A stretch of DNA of 63,836 nt, filler included, from Octopus bimaculoides (Eukaryota): NCBI RefSeq assembly GCF_001194135.2. It is 4 parts of 4 records of this genome, joined end to end, with 100 filler letters (N's around TTAATTAATTAA, not from the genome) between each part and the next. Parts side by side here need not be neighbours in the genome. Positions count along the whole stretch, not along the records: positions 21,374 to 40,454 come from NC_068982.1; positions 40,555 to 61,938 come from NC_068991.1; 2 more parts are not named here. One strand, given 5' to 3'. The translations under genes and the position numbers were made by a program. Positions 38,567 through 50,580 of the stretch are shown piece after piece. The notes beneath the pieces are model-generated. The model was not told where the DNA came from and ran no database searches. It was given only the letters and a program-made list of their open reading frames with translations. Numbering within the stretch: the first letter of the stretch is position 1; every line of letters starts with the position of its first letter.

Positions 38567-39347
38567 TTATTTATTTTCCTTATGAATATAACACGCTCTC
38601 TATCCCTCATTTATTTAATATAACTGTTAATTCATTTATTTAGATACATCAGCTCATTGTAAGGGTTCACTGTGTCTTCCTCTATTTGATTAATATTATT
38701 AGTTCTAGTTATTGATTTATTCACAAATGCCTATTTAATTATATTTATTTGGATTTACTAGACGTATATTTATTCACTATAGTGCCTATTTAATTTTATT
38801 TATTTGAATTCATTAAACGTATATTTAATGTTGTGTGAGCAACAAAATCTTCTTTCTCATTGTTGATTAATTTGCTCTTGGATGTCATGATGTGGAAAAT
38901 TTTCTCAACGCATAAGTCACACCTTTTTCTTCCAATGCTGTGATACATATTAAATCGTACCCCCATTAAATTATATAAACATTAGTTTACCTAAATATAT
39001 ATAATAACCCAGACTATCAGCAGATAAGACTAATACACCTAAATGAATAAAAAAACTAATAAAAATTGACATTCTCTCAATTAAATAAGTAGTAGTTAAA
39101 TATATATTGATTTGGATACTTATATATATATTTTTTATTTGCTATTTTTATTCTTTTGGCAAGTGAGAAGGGATAGGAGTGGCAGCCAGTCTCTAAACAA
39201 AGAATCCTAAATTCCAATAAGGGTGAATAGTAATATGAACTAGTCTTTCAGGACTACTATTGCCCACTGTAGTAGTAGGTTAATCTCTAGCTATTTTTTA
39301 GAATGAAATCCAAAGACACACATGCTCTCTCTCTCTCTCTCTTTCTC

Positions 39348-39384
<37 letters not shown>

Positions 39385-39455
39385 CACACACACATAAACA
39401 CACACACGCACGCACGCACACACANNNNNNNNNNNNNNNNNNNNNNNNNNNNNNN

Positions 39456-39512
<57 letters not shown>

Positions 39513-39665
39513 AACAAGCTGGTATTTCAATTTGTAAGGAACTTTCCATCCTTTAGGATGTAAAAGAATTTAAGCCAAATTTGCTCTGAAGAGATTTTTA
39601 CCTTTTAAATTCATAATACAATTTAAGTGTAAAATATGAATGAAGGTAGGAATTGAAATGTGCGT
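37825..39665. repeat. Large inverted repeat (arms about 37825-38355 and 38985-39665) around an AT-rich spacer of about 630 bp
   Basis: tattatgaatttaaaaggtaaaaatctct vs agagatttttaccttttaaattcataata; gcatgtgtgtctttggatttcatt vs aatgaaatccaaagacacacatgc; gatagtttgggttattatatatatttag vs ctaaatatatataataacccagactatc. Confidence 0.88.
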
Positions 39666-40080
39666 AGGCGACATGAAATTGACTACTATTATGTAACTAA
39701 ATTGATTTTCTGTGTTCACAGTCTCCATTTTCCTTATAGTATATTATTAGAATTCTGTTCTCTTAGATCGGATAGATGAAAACATCTATAATGACAACTG
39801 GAACTTTATAAGTGGTACATGTATGGTTCTCTATGCCTCTTCAGAGATTTACAAAGTTCATGGAGTTAATTTACAATATACAAATATAAACATATAAAAA
39901 ACATATAAAAATCATAAAAACTTACATGTATATGCATATGCATGCATACTTTGACATATATAGATATACATAAATGAATAAACATAAATACATGAATAAA
40001 TATATGTACACTTAAGTGTACATACATAAACGTCTATACATACACACCAATGAGTCAATTGTCATTGTTATTATACCAAA

Positions 40081-40227
40081 GGACACATATCTCTGAAGAG
40101 GCCAAGAGAATCATACATCTACCTCTATTTTCATCCATTTCGTCTATCAATTACTCCGTTTTACTGGAGTTGTATAGATAGAATAAGGCATGTCACACTA
40201 GGCTGAAACAGCTGTAAGACATTGTCC
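40081..40227 (+). ncRNA. Type I hammerhead ribozyme candidate with long loop 2 and palindromic loop 3
   Basis: Stem I ggaca-c-atatct with agacat-tgtcc; CTGAAGA 40093-99; stem II GGCC/GGCT; GAAA 40205-08; C-AGCT-G; cleavage triplet GTA 40214-16. Confidence 0.65.
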
Positions 40228-40454
40228 CTTCTTCGGTCACTAGACGTCCTTTTTAATTTTTATTACTGATATGACATAATATGTCATATGTATTTATATA
40301 TTGTTTTTATTGTCCTGTCCTCTTAGTTGAAAAATAAACAGTCAAATTGACATAATAAAATGTCTGCAAGTTGATGATACCACATATTCCCCTCCATTTT
40401 CTTATTGTTATATATATATTTATATATTTATATAAATATATATATATATATAGA

Positions 40455-40554
40455 NNNNNNNNNNNNNNNNNNNNNNNNNNNNNNNNNNNNNNNNNNNNTT
40501 AATTAATTAANNNNNNNNNNNNNNNNNNNNNNNNNNNNNNNNNNNNNNNNNNNN
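40455..40554. other. Synthetic scaffold spacer 44N-TTAATTAATTAA-44N
   Basis: Same 100-bp structure as 21274-21373. Confidence 0.92.
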
Positions 40555-40630
<76 letters not shown>

Positions 40631-41424
40631 TTTATAGATAAATTAATCCATTTCCAATAAAGACACAATACATTATCAAGAAATTCATATTAATACTGTT
40701 AAAAGCAAAATGTTTAGGAGCCCACCACTGTCCTAAAGGGTTTATATCGAAATGTGAAGGATACCTCAAAGGTATAACAGACAAATAGAAAATCAAGATG
40801 TTCAGTATGATACAAGAGAAGTCCCAGATGGTGAGGGAAACATGCGTTGACCAAGACAAGTTAGTGGGTTTGCAACACAGCTCTTTAAAAGGTAAGTTAC
40901 GTGGGTTGGCAACCAAGAGACATTACAGGTTTGTGAAGAGTTAGGTTTCGATTATACGGAGCATGAAAAGACTAACAAGCTCGTGAAGGTTATGGGCCAT
41001 TTTGAGATAATCAGTGTCTGGAGGAATTACACGATTAATTAGAGTTGTATGGAGAAATGAAGTGAACCAACGTATTCTTCAGCTTATAAGACACCGAAAG
41101 AAAAAATATCGGCGAATCATGAATATATATCGAATGCGGTGGGTTATGAACACAAGCTACTTACAACGCCCAATAAGACAAGAGTGCGCATTTTGCCTCC
41201 TCACCAGCTGCTGCTGGACGATTTTCGTCTGCTACCGATATATATTATGAATTTTAAACACAGTACGACCATAAGAGATATCTTTGAACGAATAGCACAT
41301 TAAATTTTCCTTTACCATATACGTTAAGTATGAAACACGGATAGCTATTTTAATCATCTTATACTCCCTCTCGGTTTAGTTGAAAAAATCGAAGCCCAAT
41401 ATTTATTCGTTTATATTTGCTACT

Positions 41425-41700
41425 TATTTTATTGGTTTTCTTGGAAAGCCGCTAAGTTACGCGGGCATAAACAAACTAACACCAGTTGTCAAGCGGTGTA
41501 TGGAGAAAAATATAAAGATACGTACGCACACACAGTCCACATATTCCACGGGCCTCCATGCTGTTTCCGCCTACTACATACTCTCCCATTGCATTGGTTG
41601 GTTTGTCCGGAGCTATTGGCAAAGACACTTGCCCAAGGTTCCGTGCGGTCGGCTTGAACCTGAAACCACTTGGTTTCCAAGCGAACTTCACCACACAGCA
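41425..41700 (-). mobile_element. SINE family B, diverged
   Basis: gccgctaagttacgcgggcataaac...gttgtcaagcg and aagacacttgcccaaggttccg...gaacctgaaaccac...accacacagc match 47960-48290. Confidence 0.75.
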
Positions 41701-43135
41701 CTATATGCGTCTTTCTTTTACTTTTCTCTTCACCTCACAGATTATCATCTTTGCTTACTTAAACACAACATCCATACTTTTTGGCTTACCTCCAGAAGTG
41801 GGAGTTTTGCGCTAACGTTGAGAAGTTGGAGTGGTTTTTCATCTCCGTTTTCTTTCATATCGCCAGTGTTCCCTATTTATCAATTATCTAAGTTTTTCAG
41901 TATTTGTTTTGAGCCGGACAATACGGTGTATTTCTGTTTACATGTATTCGCGTAATTATTTCGTGTATTTGATTAAAAATATTAACATATCTCAATGAAT
42001 AAATAAATAAATAAATCTAACGTATCCATCCTCACGTTTTTCCATGCAACACTGTTTAATTTATCCACCCTGTCTCGTAATACTTTTGTACCTGCCTATG
42101 TGTGTGTGTATTTGTGTGTGTGTGAGTATGTGTATGCGTGTAAGTATGGATGGATGTTTGCATGCATGTATGTANNNNNNNNNNNNNNNNNNNNNNNNNN
42201 NNNNNNNNNNNNNNNNNNNNNNNNNNNNNNNNNNNNNNNNNNNNNNNNNNNNNNNNNNNNNNNNNNNNNNNNNNNNNNNNNNNNNNNNNNNNNNNNNNNN
42301 NNNNNNNNNNNNNNNNNNNNNNNNNNNNNNNNNNNNNNNNNNNNNNNNNNNNNNNNNNNNNNNNNNNNNNNNNNNNNNNNNNNNNNNNNNNNNNNNNNNN
42401 NNNNNNNNNNNNNNNNNNNNNNNNNNNNNNNNNNNNNNNNNNNNNNNNNNNNNNNNNNNNNNNNNNNNNNNNNNNNNNNNNNNNNNNNNNNNNNNNNNNN
42501 NNNNNNNNNNNNNNNNNNNNNNNNNNNNNNNNNNNNNNNNNNNNNNNNNNNNNNNNNNNNNNNNNNNNNNNNNNNNNNNNNNNNNNNNNNNNNNNNNNNN
42601 NNNNNNNNNNNNNNNNNNNNNNNNNNNNNNNNNNNNNNNNNNNNNNNNNNNNNNNNNNNNNNNNNNNNNNNNNNNNNNNNNNNNNNNNNNNNNNNNNNNN
42701 NNNNNNNNNNNNNNNNNNNNNNNNNNNNNNNNNNNNNNNNNNNNNNNNNNNNNNNNNNNNNNNNNNNNNNNNNNNNNNNNNNNNNNNNNNNNNNNNNNNN
42801 NNNNNNNNNNNNNNNNNNNNNNNNNNNNNNNNNNNNNNNNNNNNNNNNNNNNNNNNNNNNNNNNNNNNNNNNNNNNNNNNNNNNNNNNNNNNNNNNNNNN
42901 NNNNNNNNNNNNNNNNNNNNNNNNNNNNNNNNNNNNNNNNNNNNNNNNNNNNNNNNNNNNNNNNNNNNNNNNNNNNNNNNNNNNNNNNNNNNNNNNNNNN
43001 NNNNNNNNNNNNNNNNNNNNNNNNNNNNNNNNNNNNNNNNNNNNNNNNNNNNNNNNNNNNNNNNNNNNNNNNNNNNNNNNNNNNNNNNNNNNNNNNNNNN
43101 NNNNNNNNNNNAAGAATGAGTGTGTCCTAGCGGAA

Positions 43136-43165
43136 TTATCATCATCATCATCAGAATTATTATTA

Positions 43166-43250
<85 letters not shown>

Positions 43251-43275
43251 CATTATTATTATTATTATTGATGAT
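43136..43275. repeat. (ATT)n microsatellite
   Basis: Near-pure ATT run after the gap. Confidence 0.93.
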
Positions 43276-44341
43276 GATGTTGTTGCTCTTAATTACTTGG
43301 CAAAAACTTTAGAGCACAGGACAAAATGCAATGCTTTATTTGTTCCAGCTCTTTTTGTTGCAAATCACATCCTGCCCAGGTCAATTTTGTCTTTCATCTC
43401 TGCAGAGCCGATTAAACAAAACACTATTCAAGAACTGAGTCGATAGCGTCGACTTATGCCCTGCACTCAAATTTGCTAGCCTTCTGCCAATATATTATAC
43501 AATTACCGTCCAATGCGAAGCTGACGTTGACCGCGAAATCGCGAGCGAACCGACGTCATTAATGTCACACGTGTTTCTGCAGCTCATTTCATTCACCGAG
43601 GTGTAATCATGGATCAAGCATAGACCAAATTTACGCATTTGATATCTAAAATGTTGCCAGATGCTCACAGTCCTATACCAGATGAACAAAGATGTCGACT
43701 GGAAAAACCGACTCTACCTTTGTAATGAGAGAGCGTTGTTTGAGATTATGTGTGAAAATAACCCTGGATTGGCTCAGGACATCGACGAGGACCGTCTGAG
43801 CGTTGTCGCCAAGAAAACGTTCAAGTTGGGGACTATGGAGAGTTTACAAAGAAGCCCTTGGCATGGCAACTGTACATTTCGGATATATATTTGTTCTAGA
43901 GGTATCTTGATCTCAGGCCATTTTTTAAAACAAGCAATTTTTCATGGAAGAAACTATTGAGTTATTTTATAAAAACCCAGAGAAACACGAAAACAATACT
44001 GTTAACTACTATTTCTATTTGTTTCTTGAGGTATAGTAATTTCTGTCTCACAACTGCAACCTGTTCACTAACATAGTTCCTGTTGTAGTTGAAGTGTGAC
44101 AACAGTGTTCTAACCAGATAATTAGCTGCGAGACGAAAGTTTTGACATTTCAAGAAATAATAGAAAAATGAATTTGAAACGTCCTTTGTGCTTTTAAATG
44201 GCGAGATCTGTTTTGTTGCAGCTGTTGGTTCTTAGTACCCGAAATACTCGGTCTTCCCGCTCAACTTATGAACAATAACACCTCATCTGTGACTATTTTG
44301 TATTCACACACAATATATCTCGAATTATATCATTCAATGTA

Positions 44342-44570
44342 TGGAAGGCGGTGAGCTGCCATAATCGTTATCACGTCAGGCAAAATGCTTAGCGGCATTT
44401 CGTCCGTCTTTACGTTCTGAGTTCAAATTCCGCCGAGGTCGTCATTGCTTTTCATGCCTTCGGGGTCGATATAATAAATACCAGTAGAACACTGGGGTCA
44501 ATGTAATCGACGTGTCCCATCCCTCAAAATTGCTGGCTTTGTAACAAAATTTGAAGTCAATATTATTCAA
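44342..44570 (+). mobile_element. SINE family A, near full-length
   Basis: aaggcggtgagctg...aaaatgcttagcggcatttcg...ctgagttcaaattccgccgaggtcg...ggggtcgat...aaaatttgaa. Confidence 0.85.
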
Positions 44571-45125
44571 TATATTATTTCATATCTAAAAATTGCAGTG
44601 TATGATTTTGGAGAAGATTTAGCTGCTATTTCAAGCAGTTCGATTACCATATAGGTGCTTGTCTCATTGGTTCAAATATATTTATTTGTCGCAATGGTGC
44701 AGTACTTTACTTTAATCTCACTCACTCTTTTCCTCTCCCTTCCCACCCCTCTCTCTTCGACCGCCAATTTACGCCAAACTTTTACTCCACTGCTCACCCC
44801 ATTTACATATTCTTTTCATCTGTACCACTCAGTCCATGCTTCTCAATTCTTACCCACCGTCACCATCACACTCGTTATTCTATAGAAAGAAGGAAAGAAA
44901 GAAAGAATGAATGAATTAAAGAAAGAAAGAGAGTAAGAGATAGAATAGAGAAAGAAAGAAAGGGAAAGAAAGAAGGAAGAGCATTCTATATTTAGAGAGA
45001 GTAAGGCACCGATAATACATCAATAGCGATAATCTGTTTAAACGAGTTAAATCCACATTTAACGTGTCGATCGAGCTTCTGCTGAAGGCCTGGAACATAC
45101 TTAGAAGTTAACGACGAATTTTGCA

Positions 45126-45191
<66 letters not shown>

Positions 45192-45995
45192 CCCCCACAC
45201 GCACACACATACACACACACACACACATACACATGCACACACACAACAAACATTCATATTATAGACATACGAACATGCATATATATATGAGTATACCTAT
45301 ATAGAAATCGTTGTTCACATACACTCACTCACGCACGCATGCACGCATATATATAGATGTAGGTACGTACACACACACACACACACACACACACATACGC
45401 ACGTATATACATACATAGATAGGAGATCGTTATCACATACACGCAAACATATTTTACTTACATACGCAGACGTTATTAGATAAAGCCATTAATACGCTGC
45501 GGTTCAGACTTTCTCAGCAAAGTATCTGGTTGAACATCCGCTAAAGGTTAATCATAACTCAACTCGGTGAAATAAATCCACATTGCACTATATAGCGCGC
45601 ACACATCATAACAACATACGTGAACACAGGTACACGCACATACATGCTTACATATAGACATGCGCGCACATACATGTTCGCACACGCGTACCCACTTACG
45701 CACATACGCACAGGTGTTCTTCATAAGCACGTATGTATACATGAATACACACAAAACGGTCAAATACAGACCCACAAAGAAACACGCACGCACACACACT
45801 CACGCACACACACATATACACACACACAGATGGCATCTAGGTAATCCGTGACGAAACCGATTTAACAATATCAGATTTACAATATATATACCATGTATGT
45901 ATGTATGTATGTATGTATGTATGTATGTTTGAATGTACCTATTAATCTATCTATATGCATGTACGTATGTATATACATGCATATATATGTGTGTA

Positions 45996-46048
<53 letters not shown>

Positions 46049-46164
46049 ACGTACGTGCGTGTGTGTGAATGTGTGTTTCTCTATATATGAATGCATAAAC
46101 ACATATACTAGCAAGCAGAAATGTGCTATGTATGTATATATACACATACATTTATGCACACATA

Positions 46165-46233
<69 letters not shown>

Positions 46234-46290
46234 GTATATACATCAAAACAGACAGATTCATAGAGTACACTATATATCTAGTGTGTGTGT

Positions 46291-46339
<49 letters not shown>

Positions 46340-47817
46340 TGTGTGTGTGCGTGTGTGCGTGTTTGAGCGTGTGTGTATGTGTCTGTATGTAATTAACATA
46401 TGTAACATATAAACAAGATGAAAGAAGAACACGCTGCAATGCGCAAACAGCTAGCCGCGGGTTTGTTTATCTCGTATTTCTCGCGGAGATGCTAGGCAGC
46501 AACTAATTGTGGATAGTTTAGAAAATGAATGAGAAAAAATTGGCAAGCAGAACCACTATCTAGTTTATATTAGAGATGACAGAGAAATAGACGAGATGAG
46601 TTTAATGGGGCTGGCGAAAAATGATGTACAAAGATTTATAAACAGACAATGTATGGCAAAAATTATAGATAAGACAGACTAAATGTATCACTAATGAATT
46701 TTATTTATTTTCCTCTTGTTTTGTTCCTTATGCTAGGCATAAGGCCAATTTTTTTTCTCTAAGGCCTATTGTTATCGTCGATTGACTTGACCCTAACTTA
46801 TTAATGAGTAAAAGAAAAAAAGAAGAAAAAAAACATGAAAAAAAATCAAAATTAATATATAAAAATGAAAATAACAAAATCATATTATTGTTCTTATTGT
46901 TTTTGTTGTTGACCCCGTTGGTTGTTCTCTCAAGCCCGCAGAGATAAAAGTCAGCTAGGCCCCAATGGGATTTAAACTTCACCAGAGTATTTCATTTCTC
47001 TCTGTTTGCCAATAGATTTTCCTCAGTCCTTTAAGTTCTCTCTTTCCCTGTCTCTGCTTTTCTTTCCCTGTCTCTGCTTTTCTTTCCCCGTTTTGCTCTC
47101 ATTCTTTTCCCTTTGTCTCGGTTATATAACAAGCGTCGAAATCTCTCGTTGTAACGTCTTCCAAGTCAACTATAAAAGTGCTTAGTTAAATTATGTAAAT
47201 ATTTGAACTCTTAGAAATTAAATCTGATGTAGATAAATCATTCAGATTTCAAAAGTAAGCACTGTGAAATAAATGCATCGTAAACTCTGCGCTTACGCGT
47301 GAGGGAGAGAGAGTGTGAGAGAAAAAGACAGGGAGAAATAAAGACAGATATATATATATATATAAAATAATATAAAAAAAAAAAAAATATATATATAAAA
47401 TAATATCAGAAGAGAGAGGCCGATATAAAATCTAAGTAATAAAATGATTGAATTCGATAGAAATACGGAACCTGCTAAAACTTATGATATCCTGCTTTGG
47501 CAGCTGTCTGAAGAGTTCAGTTGTTACAAGGAGCAAAGATTCTGACGTTTCGCTTTACTCCTGTTGATCAGATTTGATATCTAGCGTCAATTCAATTTAT
47601 CAAACTCTTCAAATAATTCAATTAGATTAGTGTATAGAACATAAAACCAATACTGATAATTAGTACACTCACTAGGTATAATAGTCATTAACTGAAACGA
47701 AAAGAAAACCCCATAAGCACTAAAGTAATGAGAAAGCGATAGCGTTCATATTAGCCTGCACTTAAAGTGTCTTTATGAAGAAGTATAAGCCACATGTGCT
47801 GTAGTATTAGCTTTCTA

Positions 47818-48054
47818 TTACTCTTTACTCTTTTACTCTTTTACTTGGTTCAGTCATTTGACTGTGGCCATGCTGGAGCACCGCCTTTAGTCGGAGACAT
47901 CGACCCCAGGACTTATTCTTTGTAAGCCTAGTACTTATTCTATCGGTCTCTTTTGCCGAACCGCTAGATTACGGGGACATAAACACACCACTATCGGTTG
48001 TCAAGCGATGGTGGGGGACAAACACAGGCACACAGACTTATACACACACATACA

Positions 48055-48118
<64 letters not shown>

Positions 48119-48290
48119 CATACATACATATATACGACGGGCTTCTTTCAGTTTCCGTCGACCAAATTCCCCCACAAGGCTTTGGTTGGCCCGATGCTAT
48201 AGAAACAGACACTTGCCCAAGGTGCCACGCAGTGGGACTGCACCCAGAACCATGTGGTTGGTAAGCAAGCTACTTAGCACACAGCCTATA
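47818..48290 (-). mobile_element. SINE family B, full-length, with internal (TACA)n/(TA)n microsatellite
   Basis: Minus strand: tRNA-like head, CORE-like GCACCTTGGGCAAGTGTCT, gacggaaactgaaagaagcccgtcgtata, microsatellite, conserved 3' body, (AAGAGTA)n tail. Confidence 0.9.
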
Positions 48291-48484
48291 AAACAATTTG
48301 GCAGCAATTGCTACTCATGTCATTTGATTTGAGATATATAATAGTTTGTTGGGACTAACACATCTACAACCTGGTAGAGTCATGAAAATACACCTACATT
48401 GTTATGGTTTTCTGCCGTTTGCTGTTCTTTCATTATATATATAGGCGCAAGCGTGGCTGTGTGATAACGTTGTCACTGGATAAA

Positions 48485-48525
<41 letters not shown>

Positions 48526-49364
48526 CTGTTTTATCCAACAGAAACAGTATTAGATGAAAATAACCATCTACGTATCATACTTAATGTAGGTATATTACAA
48601 AATTTATTGTGGTATTTGTCTAGAGATATCCTTACGGGCGTGCTGTGTTTAAAAAAAACCCCACTATTTCAGTAGCAGACGACAATTATCGAACAGCAGC
48701 ACGTGAGAATGCCGGACGCGCATTTCTGTATCGTGGGATTTGTCAGTAGCATTTATTTATTGTCAGCTGTATATATTAGCCATTTAAAAATATGCAAAAG
48801 TTGTTAATTTCCCATAATCATTTATTATTTCGTGTCATAATCCTCATCGCTCTTGGTCACTAAACTAATTGTCTCAGACACGAGATTACATTCATTGCGA
48901 CGAAAATTTTGACATGAAATAATAAACGTTTGAGTGAATTTATGTTTTTGTGTGTTTTTGAATGGCTAATATAAAACTTCTATGCTGTAATTGTTTTAGT
49001 TTCACCACACTGTCTCAGAACAAATCATTTGTCAGAGAAACACATCTTCGAAATATGAAAAAAACATGCACAAAAATAATTAACATCAGAACAGTGAATT
49101 CATGAGCGTTTGTCGCAAAAGCTGTTCCAGAGACACTAATATTGGCATACATAAATACATATTTACATATGCATCTGTATATGCATGTATGTGTACATGT
49201 GTGTGTGCGAAACCTAAATAAGTTTTACTCCTGTATAAACTAATAGTTAACATCTAAAGTTATACACACACACGTATATATACACACGCGCACGCACGCA
49301 CACAGACACACACACACACACACACTTATGTATTAATGCATTTATGTATGTATANNNNNNNNNN

Positions 49365-49655
49365 CTTGCGAGTGGATTTGGTAGACGGAAACTGAAAGAA
49401 GCCCGTCGTATATATGTATATATTTATATATATGTATGTATGTGTATATGTTTTTATGTGTATATGTTTGTCCCCCCAACATCGCTTGAGAACCGATGCT
49501 GGTGTGTTTATGTCCCCGTAACTTAGCGGTTCGGCAAAAGAGACCGATAGAATAAGTACTAGGCTTCCAAAGAATAAGTCCTGAGGTCGATTTGCTCGAC
49601 TAAAGGCGGTGCTCCAGCATGGCCGCAGTCAAATGACTGAAACAAGTAAAGAGTA
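49365..49655 (+). mobile_element. SINE family B, 5' end lost in the gap
   Basis: Colinear with the reverse complement of 47818-48170. Confidence 0.88.
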
Positions 49656-49663
49656 TATATCTA

Positions 49664-50361
49664 CGTAGTCTGATCAATAAGTATCCGGACTGTTGCCATA
49701 GTAACGAAGCTAAAGCACGCAAAGTGAAGCCGTTTGGCAAAGATTGAATTGGACCTCTGCTGTGTACGACCACTAAGTTTTAACGTTCTAGCTCACTTCC
49801 GCTGTTTACAAGAGTGCTTGGAAGGACGGTGTATAGCATGTGATCGTCGCATTGATCATGATAAGAAGTTGTCATGGCGATACCTGCTCAGAGGAGTGTA
49901 TGAGCCACACACAAGTGTATGAGTGGTTCAGACGTTTCAAAGACGGCGGAAAATGTGTTGATATTGACGAACAATCTGAGAGACCCGCAACCAGCATAAG
50001 AGAGAAAAAGGTCGCAGATGTGCGTGCATCTGTGAGAGGAAATCGTCCGTGAGTTATCAGAAGATATGCAGATTAGTTACGGTTCAGTTTCAGTCCATTA
50101 TCACTGAAGATTTGGGTATGAGACGCGTGTCTGCCAAGGTGGTGCCAAAACTGCATTCAGCTGATCAAAAAGACACTAGGGCGTCAGTTGCACAATATCT
50201 TGATTGTGTCGAGGAAGATGAACATTTTTGAAAACTTTGCGTAGGCCTCTGAGCAGGTATCGCCGAATTTTTGGCAAAATTTGATGCAGATTCTCAGCTC
50301 AACTTTATCTGTCATTGTCAATGCGACGATCACACGCTACACACTTTCTTTCAATCACTGT
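49664..50361 (+). mobile_element. Non-autonomous mariner derivative, two inverted 5' ends (family M2, copy 1)
   Basis: TA then TIR cgtagtctgatcaataagtatccggactg. + strand remnant GDTCSEECMSHTQVYEWFRRFKDG...DLGMRRVSAKVVPKL. The right arm on the minus strand reads MTDKVELRICIKFCQKFGDTCSEAYAK. Confidence 0.85.
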
Positions 50362-50368
50362 ATATATA

Positions 50369-50580
50369 CAGGGTGGCCCAAAAGTAGGTTTACAGTTATT
50401 CAACTATCTCTTTCGCATTCATATATTAGCAGCTTAGATCTTAATTACATAAAAATATAAGACCATTATTCTATGCTAATTTAGTTAATTGTAAGATAGA
50501 AATTTAAATGTAATAAAATGTTCTAAAAGAAATTTAAAGTGCTTACGTGATAACTGTAAACTGACTTTTGGGCTACCCTA
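50369..50580. mobile_element. 212-bp Tc1/mariner-type MITE with TA TSD
   Basis: TIRs cagggtggcccaaaagtaggtttacagtt and aactgtaaactgacttttgggctacccta, flanked by TA runs. Confidence 0.85.

Noticed and set aside
40632-41300. Higher-complexity segment with short ORFs (40632-40916, 41014-41250)
   Set aside because: No recognisable motif in any frame inspected and frequent stops. Probably an old repeat, cannot be supported.
47500-47600. Minus-strand CTGATCA...CGAAACGTC hammerhead-like pattern and a 9-bp hairpin
   Set aside because: The core is mutated, stem I does not pair, and an alternative hairpin sequesters the motif. At most a relic.
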